Below, one piece after another: positions 14,813 to 27,822 of a stretch of 64,000 nt of DNA. Origin of the DNA: Rotaria socialis (taxonomy: Eukaryota). The notes under the pieces are model-generated. The model saw nothing but the letters and a program-made list of their open reading frames with translations, was not told the DNA's origin and did not search any database. The position numbers were made by a program, and so were the translations under genes. The stretch lies in assembly GCA_905331295.1 (NCBI GenBank), contig CAJNYD010000015.1, positions 1 to 64,000 of the forward strand, read 5' to 3'. The first letter of the stretch is position 1. Each line of letters opens with the position of its first letter.

Positions 14813-16217
14813 ATGGATTTTCATTCATTGATGGGTCAAGCTTCAAATATGATGTTGGGCAAACGAAATGATGATAGTCTTTCAGATCGACTTAATTACC
14901 GTTATTCTGTGTCAATTTTGATTGTATTAGCAATAATTAACATGAATCGTCTTTATACAGATCAAATCAAATGTTGGGTAAAATCGATTACATGTCTATT
15001 CTTTATCATTGAACTTTTTCTTATTGCTCTCTTGCTTTAACTAGGTGCCAGCATTCTTTACGCCGAACTACGACGAATATGTACGATCGGTATGTTTCGT
15101 ACAAAATACTTATTATGTTAAACATGACGATAAAACGCCGAAAACATTTCAAGTTAAAAAAGAAAATGAAATCTTATACTATCAATGGATTCCATTTGTT
15201 CTTTTAATCAAAGCATTTCTATTCTATATTCCACGTATATCATGGAATACACTCGGACTGAAAAGTGGCATACAAGTATCTGATCTTGTCGAATCATCAT
15301 TCGATTATAAACTTCCAACAGCTGATGCAACACACCGCCAAATGTGTTTAGACTATGTTGTTGATAGTATTGATCAATACTGTAATGATCATCGGCGACA
15401 AAGCGAAGAACGGATTCATGCCAATATATTTCAACGTATTTTAATAACTGGCTGGTGTATGAGTGGAAAATATCTTGGCAACTATCTTGTTGTGTTATAT
15501 ATGACAACGAAATTCATGTATATAGTTGTATCGGTATTACAAATATTTCTTCTGAGTGTTATGTTAGGATCAAATTTTGCACTCTATGGTATACAAGTAC
15601 TAGATCGATTTTTTCGAGGTAAAACGAATAAATTCTAATTTTTCTTTTCATCAAGCGAAATTCACATCGTCTGTATAGGTGTTCATTGGGATACAGAATC
15701 ACGTTTGTTTCCAAAGACAACGCTATGTGATTTTACAATTCGTGAATTTGGTCATCCAAAGCGTTCTCACGATTATACGGTTCCTTGTGTTTTACCATTG
15801 AATCTATTTAATCAACAAATGTTTACATTTCTTTATTTCTGGTACGCAATCGTTATTCTACTTAATATTTGTGATTTCATCCTGTGGTCATATTCTATTA
15901 CACCAAGAAATCGTCTCGATTTCATTCGTAGGCGTCTACATACAAGAAAGCATTCGTCAATAAAGGAAATGCATGATCAATCAAAGATTATTGAATTTAC
16001 TCATGGGTATCTTGAAGCCGATGGATTTTTTATTTTATCATTGATAAAAGAGAATAGCTCTGATTATGTCGCAGCGGAAATTGTTTATCGTTTATATACA
16101 GAAAAATTTCTAAGGAAATATCACAATAAGATAACAACCGCAGCCATCTATGATCATATAAATGGTCAAAACGAGAATGTTTCGAAACGACGCCATCTTT
16201 GTTCATTGATTTGTTAA
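14813..16217 (+). CDS. Innexin (gap junction protein), copy 1, 3 coding exons
   Basis: DDSLSDRLNYRYS, IKCWVPAFFT...YVRSVCFVQNTY, the YYQWIPF motif, FPKTTLCDF, CVLPLNLFNQQMFTFLYFW, YLEADGFFIL. Confidence 0.93.
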
Positions 16218-19200
16218 TAGACTGGTTTTTGCTTCTCTTAAAAACTTGTTTTATTTCACGCTCATGTGTCGTGATAAAAATTAAAATAGAAACAAAATAA
16301 GAACTACTGTTTTTCATTGAAGGAAAAAATTTGAACTCTTAATAATATTTGTTTAAAGAAGAACTACTCAACAGAGAACGTCTGTCGTGTGATTGTTAGT
16401 AAGATCTATTCGGCGAATTGCTCTATCATTTTTTTGTCTTCAATATACAATTAGATTCTAATTTGCGTTTTATGGAGCGTCAAAGATAGTGCAAGAAACA
16501 AGACTTTGTGTGCAATAAATCTTCGGTTTAATAAATAAAACTTATAGCCATTGATTGACAACAATATAAGAAGAACTGGTTTCAATCTTGCCCTTGGTTT
16601 CTTGAAGCAATAATGGTTGTAAAGAATTGTTTTAGTCATACAGTTGCATTTAAAAATCTTTATGACTACAATTGTTTTCTGCTAAAATCTAAATTATATT
16701 TGAAACAAGTATGTCTAGTAAGCTAATTTGAGAATATGATATTATATCAATTCAATAAGAACTGTTCAATAGTGAAGAAAAAATAAAACTTATGAACAAA
16801 CTATATCAATTACAGCAATTTGAAAGAGTATGTGTGTGCTGTCATCAATATTATCTTATATAAATGTGTCTCACGTGTGAAAACTTTCATTGCTAGTTAT
16901 AATGATAAAAGAAGAAAGCATTTGATGACATAGTTAAGACTGTACGTTCGTCATTGAAACAGATGACTCTTGAAAAACACATGAAAATATTAGTTGTGAT
17001 TGAATACAACAACATAGGTGATTAATATGCATCATTCCAAATAATCCTCTTTATCTGATCGAGCTTCATCTATAACTTTCATCATAATCGTATTCAAGCA
17101 CGTACTATATAATTTTGTAAAGGAGGAAATCGATTAGTTAAGATGTTCCTATGTATGCTGAATCAATAATATCACAAACGACTAGCATCTATGGAATCAG
17201 TCGTTGCGAATCGTATCATGATTAATTACAACATAATCTGTGTTGCATCCTCTACTATTCAAATAAACTAAATCATCGTCTTCTCTTTTTCTACGACTAG
17301 AGTAAACATCTACTGTATGTCTGCTTTCGGCAGAATATCTATTATAAAATAAAGATCTCTAAAGAAATATCAACAATCAAATAACAAGTTACTGATCTTT
17401 TTATTGATTGTTACTAAAGTTGAGTTTCTGTACTATGCCACACTATCATATTAGCTGTATTCTCAGTAAAATTTCTACTCAGAACTTTATGACTATATGC
17501 ATATGGAAATTTCTTTGATTTGTGAGCACGCTTTTCGCATTGTCAGCATTTTTCAGATAGTAACATATCTATTATCACTTTTTCTATGCAAAATAGAGTG
17601 TTCTTACATCTGAAAGAAATAACAAAGTATTACTCAAGACAGAATATCTTTTACATATTAAACGGAAACGATAATTATTTTGTAAATATTGTCGTGTATA
17701 TAGACTAGAAAACGTAGTATGATAAATACTAGGGAGTTTTCTTTATTTAGCAGAAATGTAATTATATATGATCGATGCTTTACGCACGAGAAGTACTAAA
17801 CGCCAAAATAAAATATCAAGGACAGCGCCATGTTGACTTATTTGTCTTTTCCTAGAATCTAGGTTTGCCAAGATCCAATTCATTATTGAAACATGCCTTA
17901 AAAGTGATATTGAATCGATATTTTACTAATATAGTTTTCTTCAAATAGCTGAATAAATTTCAAATTTACATTGGCTGTGAGATTTTTTTATAAAGCTTAT
18001 CAATGTATTGAAGTTCACACGTACAATTGTTGACGAAGTATTGAGCAACGTCGCATAAATATTCGAAGTAAACATTAAGTACGGATATTATCAGACATCA
18101 GTCATTTTCCATGTAAAAAAAAAGATATTTAGATTATTATCGATGAAGAATGAATAGCAACTTTATTGGAGTACACTATAATTGTTGAGAATCAATCTAC
18201 GATGTTCCAATACTATCAGGACTATATCTTAAGAACTATATCATCATAAATAATTATATCTATAAGTCTATATCGTTACATGAATATTTTCTGAATCATA
18301 CATCAAAACATCTATTATATTATAATTTGTTTATTTAAAAAGAAAGATCCTTGTATTGTCAATTCATCAGGTCGCCGTTTTTAGATCGGTATTTGCATAG
18401 TCAATCTGATGAGCTTGATATGAATTTTAACAGGATTTCGGAGTTACGAAGAATGAAGAACATGTAAAATGAAATTTCGTATGAAAATATTATGCTTTAA
18501 GCATTTAAAAGATTGCATATATATACATTTTAAGAGTGATAGTTTTGTTTTGACCGAAATATGAGCTATATTATCAACTAGCAATTAAAACAATGCCATT
18601 ATGAGTTATCCGATTATAATGACTTCTAAAAATTAATTATTTCTTGTAGATTATAGTACGAACTGTTTGCTTTTAGATAAGAAAAGCAAAACTTCAACTG
18701 CTGATGAAAATTGCTTAGTTTGTAAAAGCGATGAAAGCTGATCAATAAAAACAAATCATAGAAAGTTAATTATTCAATAGAGAAAGTGATGATAGACGAA
18801 CAAAAGTCATTTATCTCGAATCAATTTTACGGGACAAAAATCATTATTGATTACTTTTTATCAGTGAATTACATTTTAGATCCCGTTGAAATCGCGTATC
18901 CATTGAGTTTTCTATTTGTTTCATTTTAAATCGACACTTATGAGAGAGGGCAAGTCAATAGATTTATTTATTATACATTACAGCGTCGTAGTGACATTGA
19001 TCGAACCGAAAATCGAAAACAATGATCATCTCTCTCTGACAAAACTAGGTGCAAATATGAATAAAAGATGAGTAGTGATACTTTGTATCAGTATATCTAC
19101 TTAGACCACATTCTTCCACTTTCATCTAGTTTATCATCTCGAACAAGAATGTGAATTTCTATGCCAAGAAAGTTTCACAATAATCTTACAGAATGTTATT

Positions 19201-20695
19201 AATGGTGTAACAAAAATGATATGTTTTAACTAATCATCTAAAAGTTGAATTCAAAAAATAATTGACATCATTGTATAGATAGAAACATTTTGATAAAATT
19301 CTATCGAAGAATAAACAAAATACAATGTCTAGTAATTATTATTATTATTATTAACTACGAATATCTTAAACAAAAGACTTCTTATTCTAATTGAGTTTTA
19401 TGGCTATGATCAAAATCAATGCATTGAAAATTGAATAGCAACAAGAGATACATGCTGACAGTTAAAAATTACTTTCACACTCATGCCTATAAATATACAT
19501 TATCCAAACATCACACAAAAAACAACAAATCAATAATCATAGTCCATTATGTTCTGAAACAGTAAAGACTTTCATGATCTATAATTAATAATATAATAAA
19601 CAAATTTGAGCTCATACTACTCTATCGAATTGCATTGTCAATAGTCAGAATCTTTTCAAGTAAAAAGGACTCTAATAATGAATACACTAGACACGTGTTT
19701 CTAGGAAATATCAGTTTTGTTCTCTTATCATTGAAAATAATTACCTATAAAATCAAACTTGTGTATAGACCTTTGCATTTCCCAATGTTTAAAATATTTA
19801 ATAAATGAAATTAATTAAACGTGTCTTCACAAAAGAAATACAAGTAAACAAATTATTATTCGATGGTATGCATGGTTTCAGTAGCTAGTCTACAATACTA
19901 AATGGTGTGCTTTGGTTGCGTCATTACATCGACATTGAAACGTTAATATTCATTTCTATCTGCAACAAACTACTCTAGTATAATTAACTTAGAAAATTAT
20001 CTGTCACGTCATCAATGTAAGGTTGAGCATGCTGGGAAATGAAATTAGCTTATTCTCATTGATAAAACAACAGCATGTCTCCGCGGAAGATTTTTCCCTT
20101 CTAACATATATATGTATCATGAATATAAATAATTTCTACCAGATGGATACGCTACACACCTGTCTCCGTTCGCTAACCAGATAAATAGATCATGCTCTTC
20201 ATCTCAACAATGGAGTTAGCGGCAACATAACCAGTCGTATTTTATTTCCGTCTTTAGAACAACGAGATCAAAAGAAAGAACGATGAATAATATCTTGTTC
20301 GATAACATCCTTGTATCTTTCCTGGCAAGTTGGATGCAAACTACTAGGAAAAAGCAGCACTATGCTTATTATATAGACAGCGAAAGATTGCCTTACTTGC
20401 CTCTTTCTCGTCTTCCATTAACCATAACAGAAGCACACCAGAAAGAAAAAAGAAACGAGTAATTAATGTCTTCTCCTAAACTCATGCGATAAAATCGGTC
20501 GGCTAACATAACAACGATGACTTTTTGAGAGAGAGAGACCTCGAGTAGTATATTGCTAATATGTCACGATCGATTAGTAGATAGCTCGGCATTCTGTTCA
20601 CATTCTGCTACATATTATATTTTAGCTGCACATATCCGTGTTAAAATGAACGAGTTTTCTATTTATTCATTGTATTTTAGATAAAATTTAAAAAA

Positions 20696-22100
20696 ATGGA
20701 TTTTCATTCATTGATGGGTCAAGCTTCAAATATGATGTTGGGCAAACGAAATGATGATAGTCTTTCAGATCGACTTAATTATCGTTATTCTGTGTCAATT
20801 TTGATTGTATTAGCAATAATTAACATGAATCGTCTTTATACAGATCAAATCAAATGTTGGGTAAAAACGATTACATGTCTATTCTTTATCATTGAACTTT
20901 TTCTTATTGCTCCCTTGCTTTAACTAGGTGCCAGCATTCTTTACGCCGAACTACGACGAATATGTACGATCGGTATGTTTCGTACAAAATACTTATTATG
21001 TTAAACATGACGATAAAACGCCGAAAACATTTCAAGTTAAAAAAGAAAATGAAATCTTATACTATCAATGGATTCCATTTGTTCTTTTAATCAAAGCATT
21101 TCTATTCTATATTCCACGTATATCATGGAATACACTCGGACTGAAAAGTGGCATACAAGTATCTGATCTTGTCGAATCATCATTCGATTATAAACTTCCA
21201 ACAGCTGATGCAACACACCGCCAAATGTGTTTAGACTATGTTGTTGATAGTATTGATCAATACTGTAATGATCATCGGCGACAAAGCGAAGAACGGATTC
21301 ATGCCAATATATTTCAACGTATTTTAATAACTGGCTGGTGTATGAGTGGAAAATATCTTGGCAACTATCTTGTTGTGTTATATATGACAACGAAATTCAT
21401 GTATATAGTTGTATCGGTATTACAAATATTTCTTCTGAGTGTTATGTTAGGATCAAATTTTGCACTCTATGGTATACAAGTACTAGATCGATTTTTTCGA
21501 GGTAAAACGAATAAATTCTAATTTTTCTTTTCATCAAGCGAAATTCACATCGTCTGTATAGGTGTTCATTGGGATACAGAATCACGTTTGTTTCCAAAGA
21601 CAACGCTATGTGATTTTACAATTCGTGAATTTGGTCATCCAAAGCGTTCTCACGATTATACGGTTCCTTGTGTTTTACCATTGAATCTATTTAATCAACA
21701 AATGTTTACATTTCTTTATTTCTGGTACGCAATTGTTATTCTACTTAATATTTGTGATTTCATCCTGTGGTCATATTCTATTACACCAAGAAATCGTCTC
21801 GACTTCATTCGTAGGCGTCTACATACAAGAAAGCATTCGTCAATAAAGGAAATGCATGATCAATCAAAGATTATTGAATTTACTCATGGGTATCTTGAAG
21901 CCGATGGATTTTTTATTTTATCATTGATAAAAGAGAATAGCTCTGATTATGTCGCAGCGGAAATTGTTTATCGTTTATATACAGAAAAATTTCTAAGGAA
22001 ATATCACAATAAGATAACAACCGCAGCCATTTATGATCATATAAATGGTCAAAACGAGAATGTTTCGAAACGACGCCATCTTTGTTCATTGATTTGTTAA
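20696..22100 (+). CDS. Innexin, copy 2 (protein identical to copy 1)
   Basis: Same exon structure and translation as 14813-16217, offset by 5883 bp. Confidence 0.93.
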
Positions 22101-22195
22101 TAGACTGGTTTTCGCTTCTCTTAAAAACTTGTTTTATTTCACGCTCATGTGTCGTGATAAAATTAAAATAGAAACAAAATAAGAACTACTGTTTT

Positions 22196-24328
22196 TCATT
22201 GAAGGAAAAAATTTGAACTCTTAATAATATTTGTTTGAAGAAGAATGACACATATAATCATTGTTGTTACTAGTATGAAAATAATTTTACCCGGCCGAAC
22301 AGTTAAACCAAATAATTTTGCGCGTAATTCTGCTTTTGAAAGAAATAGAAGAAAACCATCAAGATCAGCATAACTTGCTGCATGATAGCCATAAACGCGC
22401 ATTCCAAGACTAACACGATGGAACTTATCACATTTTGATGTTACTCGTGCTGCCTATTAATTCAATAAGCGAAAACAAAATATGAATTGATAGTAAGAAG
22501 TGATAGTTTGAAAAATATTTACCTCTCCTAAACAAAATAGCAGAATAGAAAACCAAACCATCGGATATAAAGCTCGATAAGCATACATGATCGGTTCTTT
22601 GATTTCATTTGCCATGAGTAAGATAATACCTTAATTAGAAACAAGAGTACTATGTAGGATTGAAATCAAGTATGCTAAATGAATATCTTCCGGACGAAAA
22701 ATCAATGTTAATCCTTTTATTGTATGAGCGCAGTTAAAACTAATCAAAATTCAGACAATGAATAAGTTCAGTAGGATACAGTTAAGAAAAATGTTTCATT
22801 TTTAGAGCAATTACCTAGTATTGTACGTTCAAGATAGTAAACAATTAAGATTGACATCATTCGTGAAACTAAACTATTCAATTGACTGATGGATTGGCCA
22901 AGATCGAGAATTTGCTTCATTGCTTCAAGAAGATGTATTGATTTTTCTTCTAATCGTGTTCGTATAGATTTAGAATAGAAAACAACCATTTCACAATGTG
23001 TGACAAAATTTATAACAATCGTCAGATGAATACAATTCGATATGAGTAAACATACAATATCGAGAATAAATAAACTATACCTAACGGACTTTCTACAAAA
23101 AGAAACATGACAAAATTTGTCAATAGAAAGAAAAACAGCATTTAGTACCCTTTCAAGTTATTTTGTGTATCAAATATTAATGGATGAGTAAAATCATTCA
23201 TCGCATTAGACAATGCATGAGTAGCAACTGACGCGAGAACCCAGACAATGCCAATTAACAAGAATATTCTATTGGCAGAAACAAAACCATAACAAACAAA
23301 TGAATGTTAATAGAATTATCAAAATGGTTTACTTCAATCTTCGAATTACTCGATTAGGGCTAAATTGTCGCATATTTTGATCGGCATGAATAAATACCTA
23401 TGCATTTAGAGGAATAAAGCAAATACATACATGATGAATTTCAATATGTAATCCGTATTCTTACCTTTTCCATAAGAGAATACATTGGTTCTCCTTCCGT
23501 AGTACGAAAATATATAAAGCCAATAATAAAGGCAATGAAATGTAATAAATCAGGTAGTATATAAGTAGTAAATATATGACCACATACAAGTGTCTCCGCA
23601 TCAGTAACATTAATTTTGTGAAAAGGTTTTGGAGGTATGAGTGAACTCCAATTTAATAAGGTATGATTTTGACTTGGTGATAATGAGGTTGTACTAGTTG
23701 TTGTTGTTGTTGTCTATTTTGAAAACAGAAAACAATTTTGTTTTTAAAGAAAAAGAAACAAAAACAAATGAATATTACTTTGGTATCGGTAACTACGTTA
23801 AGTTTACCTTGACATACGATAATTTCATATGTATAGTTGAACAATAATAATATCAAAATGAAAATTGGATAAATGATATTAAAAATACGTAATAAAATCG
23901 ATGAACGTTTTAAACTATCAGCACCAAACGGTCTCCAACCAATCTAACAAGAGAGAATGTTTTTACACATTGACAAATATTTCTCTGAACTTACTAAACA
24001 AAGCAAACTACGAAATGGATGAATAATTTGCTTTTTACATCTCATTAAACTGAGTGTTGTTTGATTGGGACAACTATTATCGAGGTCGGAGATCTAGATG
24101 AGATAGAAATCAAGAAAAGAAATAGCAGCAATGTTGGGAGTTATATTGAATCAATCAAAAAAAAAACACAAGAAGAAGGATCTAGATTGTCATATCTCCA
24201 TTTCGATTTTATTTAATTCACGCTCGTTTAATTCGAACCTTATGCAATTCAAGCCAATTTGATAGTACATGGCTGAATTTTCTTCTCACCTCGACTTTGA
24301 TGCAACCGAAATCATCTTCGTTGTTCAT
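22196..24328 (-). CDS. 7-TM gustatory-receptor-like protein (7TM ion channel superfamily; GrlHz/DUF3537-type), about 9 exons
   Basis: Manual splicing gives MNNEDDFGCIKVE|ISDLD..LMRCKKQIIHPFRSLLCL|IGWRPFG..IIYPIFILIILLFNYTYEIIVCQG..CGHIFTTYILPDLLHFIAFIIG..FLLIGIVWVLASV..LFILDIVCLLISNCIHLTIVINFVTHCE..LYPMVWFSILLFCLGE|AARVTSKC..YGYHAASYADLDGFLLFL..AKLFG..VTTMIICVILLQ. About 7 hydrophobic segments; the C-terminus resembles the TxhhhhhQ TM7b motif. Confidence 0.7.
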
Positions 24329-25816
24329 CGATTGATTGATATAATTGTGATAAGAATTGGCTATTGAAAAAGCCGCTGGCTGTAATAATACAAAAAAAAG
24401 CAAAGGATAATTGCCTAGATTTTGAAATCATGTAAGAAATTTGATTAATTACTTTTGGAGAAGTATTAGAATGTTTATTCATTTTGTAATCTTTCTGAAT
24501 AATTGTTACCTTCGTTTACTCTGCTTTCAGACTATATGTAATGGATGTATACTTGTCTTATGACAAATAAAAACATCAGGAGATACAGAAGGATAGAATA
24601 TAAAAGTTACTATTTTCATATTTATTACTTGTTTAACAACAAATGTAGAGATACCGTAAATCATCTGATGAATAATGAAACTTGCATGTTTTCTACTAGG
24701 TCACTTCTTTGTTGACCTCGTGATCTTTCCGTTGCTTTTATTTATTTGTTCTTATCAGCAGTAATATTTTCATAAAGATAATAGTTATCAATTTTTAGAC
24801 TTTAAACAGTTTCATGGTATACGTGTGTTATATGTGTATGGGTAAATATGAACTTGCAAAACAAAACATACTATTTTTCAATAAAAAGCATTTCACAATG
24901 ATCGCTAATAATTCAAATCAAAGAATAACTAAAGATATTTCAAACGTTTTCGCTATGAATTTTGATAAAAACAAGTCTAGTCGTTCTCGTTTTCATTAAA
25001 GATGTTCATAATGACATTTCCCTATAGAATAAGTCTAGAAAAAAACAAACCAAAGTATCTCTCGTTAGATCGAATGATCCATCTTGCAAAAGAATGTACA
25101 TAGATACAGATTCATGGCATAAGATAATATTATTCTTTTGACAGAAAAAGGATAAAAAAAGAAACATCAAAAGTAAACCGGCTGAAGTACAGTCAAATAC
25201 ATGAACTTCATCTAAAATGACGTTTTCGGTCAGACAAATCTTATATCGATCGGAAGTAGTCCTATCTGTTGTTATATCACATCATGCATATCATCTAATA
25301 TTTTCTGTTAATATGTAAAAACATAGACTTTATTTTTTTTTCTCTTGTCTCAAATGGATATTAATCTGCGGAGACAAATTAGTGAAAAAATATTCGCATT
25401 TTTCATAAAGATATCATGCAAATCTTTTCGCTCATAGTTTGACACTCAGACAAATATATATATAATGTTTTTCAAATACACATGACCTATTCTTGAGTTG
25501 TTGAATGAGCAGAGAACCATATCGTCTTTCGAATCCGTAAAGACAGATGTTGCTTACGTTATAGGCTTTTATCGACCCATATATATATATATGTATAAAC
25601 AGAAGTGACTGTAGAAAGAAAGAACGAGCGGTAAATAGATAGAGGGAAACAAAATTAGGCAGCAATCTATTGACAAGATAAAAAGAACGACAGAAAATAG
25701 AAACAAATGAAACGAGAGAGATGTATTGTCATAGTCATATTACTATCATCATGTAGCATCGTTGTTGTTAATTAGACATCTTTGGTGCTTATCAATGTCC
25801 TATTGAGAAATTTGGG

Positions 25817-27822
25817 ATGCGTTTTGATGATTCTCAAAGTATTAGTTCGGCACTTCTTAGTGAAGATTCTCAAACGTTGAAAAGTGATAAAATAGATCCT
25901 TTGATGTCGTCAGCATTAAATATACCAACACGTAATAATGTTAAATGGACAATACGAAATAGTATATCGAATGCTAGTCTGAATCGATATCGATCATCAT
26001 TTCGTCGGCATGGAACAAATAATTCTTCGATTAATTCCCAATATTCAACGACATCGTTTCCATTATTTCGTCAATTTTATCTTATGCGAAGTTCATTGAT
26101 GCAAAAACGACAGCGATCATTAAGTAAAAAATCAAGCAATGACGAATCATTTGTATCCGAAAAAGTTCATGTTGCACCATGCATTGAAATAAAACATGTT
26201 GTTATTACAATGTTCATTACAATTACAAGTGCTTTTCTTTTAATATTTATGATTTTCCTTGATTTTGCTTATCTAAATGATAGTATTCCGTATGAAATCA
26301 ATCATAATGGGTTTATTACTAATAACAATGCTTTATGTTTTCGTTATCCTAAAATATGTGTAATGAAAGGATTAGTTATAATTGTATTTATTCTTACAAC
26401 AATAATATTATGTTATAGTATTTTAACATTATATTTTTGTGCAAAACGTCATTCACGTTTACTTGAACAGAAAACAAATGAATTAGAAAAAGAAAAATGT
26501 TTAACAGAAAAATTACTTCATCAAATTTTGCCACCATGTGTAGCAAAAGATTTAATTAATGGAAGAAAAGCACCAGCCGAATATTATGATTCAGTTACTG
26601 TCTATTTCTCAGATATTGTAGGATTTACCTCTATAGCAAGGTAAAAGTTCAAATGTTTTTATTCTATTTTATGTTTATACATTTGCTTTACTAGTAAGTG
26701 CTCACCAAATGAAACATGCAATATGTTAAATCAACTTTATTCTATATTCGATTCACTTTTGGAAAATTTTGATGTTTATAAAGTTGAAACAATTGGAGAT
26801 GCTTATATGGTTGTATCTGGAGCTCCAGAAAAAAATGGTGATAAAGTAAATTTTTACATTCTATAATATTCATGATCTAATAATGAATATAATTCTTTTA
26901 CTCATTAAAGCATCCTAATGAAATTGTCAATATGTCCTTAATTTTACTTCGAGGTAAACAACAAGTTCGCGTACCGCGTACATTTGCTGAACTCAAATTA
27001 CGTGTTGGAATCCACACAGGTACTGCTTGAATTATTACAATCAAGGAACAAACCAGAGTTTGTAAATAATGATTTAAGAACGATCATAACGAGTTTGTTG
27101 TGAAACATTACGAGTGAACTATAATTATAGTTAAATTCATTCATCTATGATGGAATGAAGCTCTAAAATATTTTTATTTTGACCTGTATCATCGAGTATA
27201 TATATCAAATTTTTCTTATCAATACCATTCAATATATCCGGCTTTCTTTTTGCTATTCTTTCAAAGTCTATTTCATCAACATATTCATAGATAGACGACT
27301 GGTTATTATCAAACGACCCTGGTAGAAACATAAACATTAGTTACTCCATTTCAATCTATCATTTTTCTTTCAACAAGTCAGAACTTGTCGGGAAATCATG
27401 TCTACTTTGCAGATGTCACGCGGGTTAAAAGCTACTCGATAGCAGATATATGCAAAGAAGAAATAAACCAGGTAGTTCTGTGTTAAGATCTCTATGAATA
27501 TACATACAAAAATAAAATTCTTTGAGTAAAATTTCTTTCTTATCAGTTTTTTAAGTGATTTCGTTTGATATGCTTTATAGGGCCTGTGTGTGCTGCTGTT
27601 ATCGGATCCAAAATGCCACGTTATTGTATGTTTGGTGATACAGTTAATGTTGCTAATCGAATGGAATCTACTGGCCTACCAGAACAAATTCATTTGAGTG
27701 ATGATACATATAAGATATTAAAAAATCGAGAACACTATATATTTGAAGAACGAGGTGAAATAGAAATTAAAGGCAAAGGTTTAATGCGTACCTATTTTTT
27801 ATTGGATAGAAAATCAAATTAA
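25817..27822 (+). CDS. Membrane guanylyl cyclase with two TM helices and one catalytic domain, 4 exons
   Basis: [20 protein letters not shown] helix, [66 protein letters not shown]. The GTP-specifying E (KVET) and C (RYC) are present. Confidence 0.9.

Larger units (their letters stand above)
14805..22245 (+). repeat. Near-identical ~1.55 kb direct repeat pair (about 14805-16363 and 20688-22245)
   Basis: By eye about 9 differences, all synonymous, intronic or downstream of the stop. Near-identity begins just before the ATG and ends after gaagaa at 16363/22245. Confidence 0.92.

Noticed and set aside
14805..22245. Innexin duplication as a pure haplotype assembly artefact
   Set aside because: The flanks are very different yet distantly homologous upstream, and no N gap lies between the copies. 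Not fully excluded without reads.
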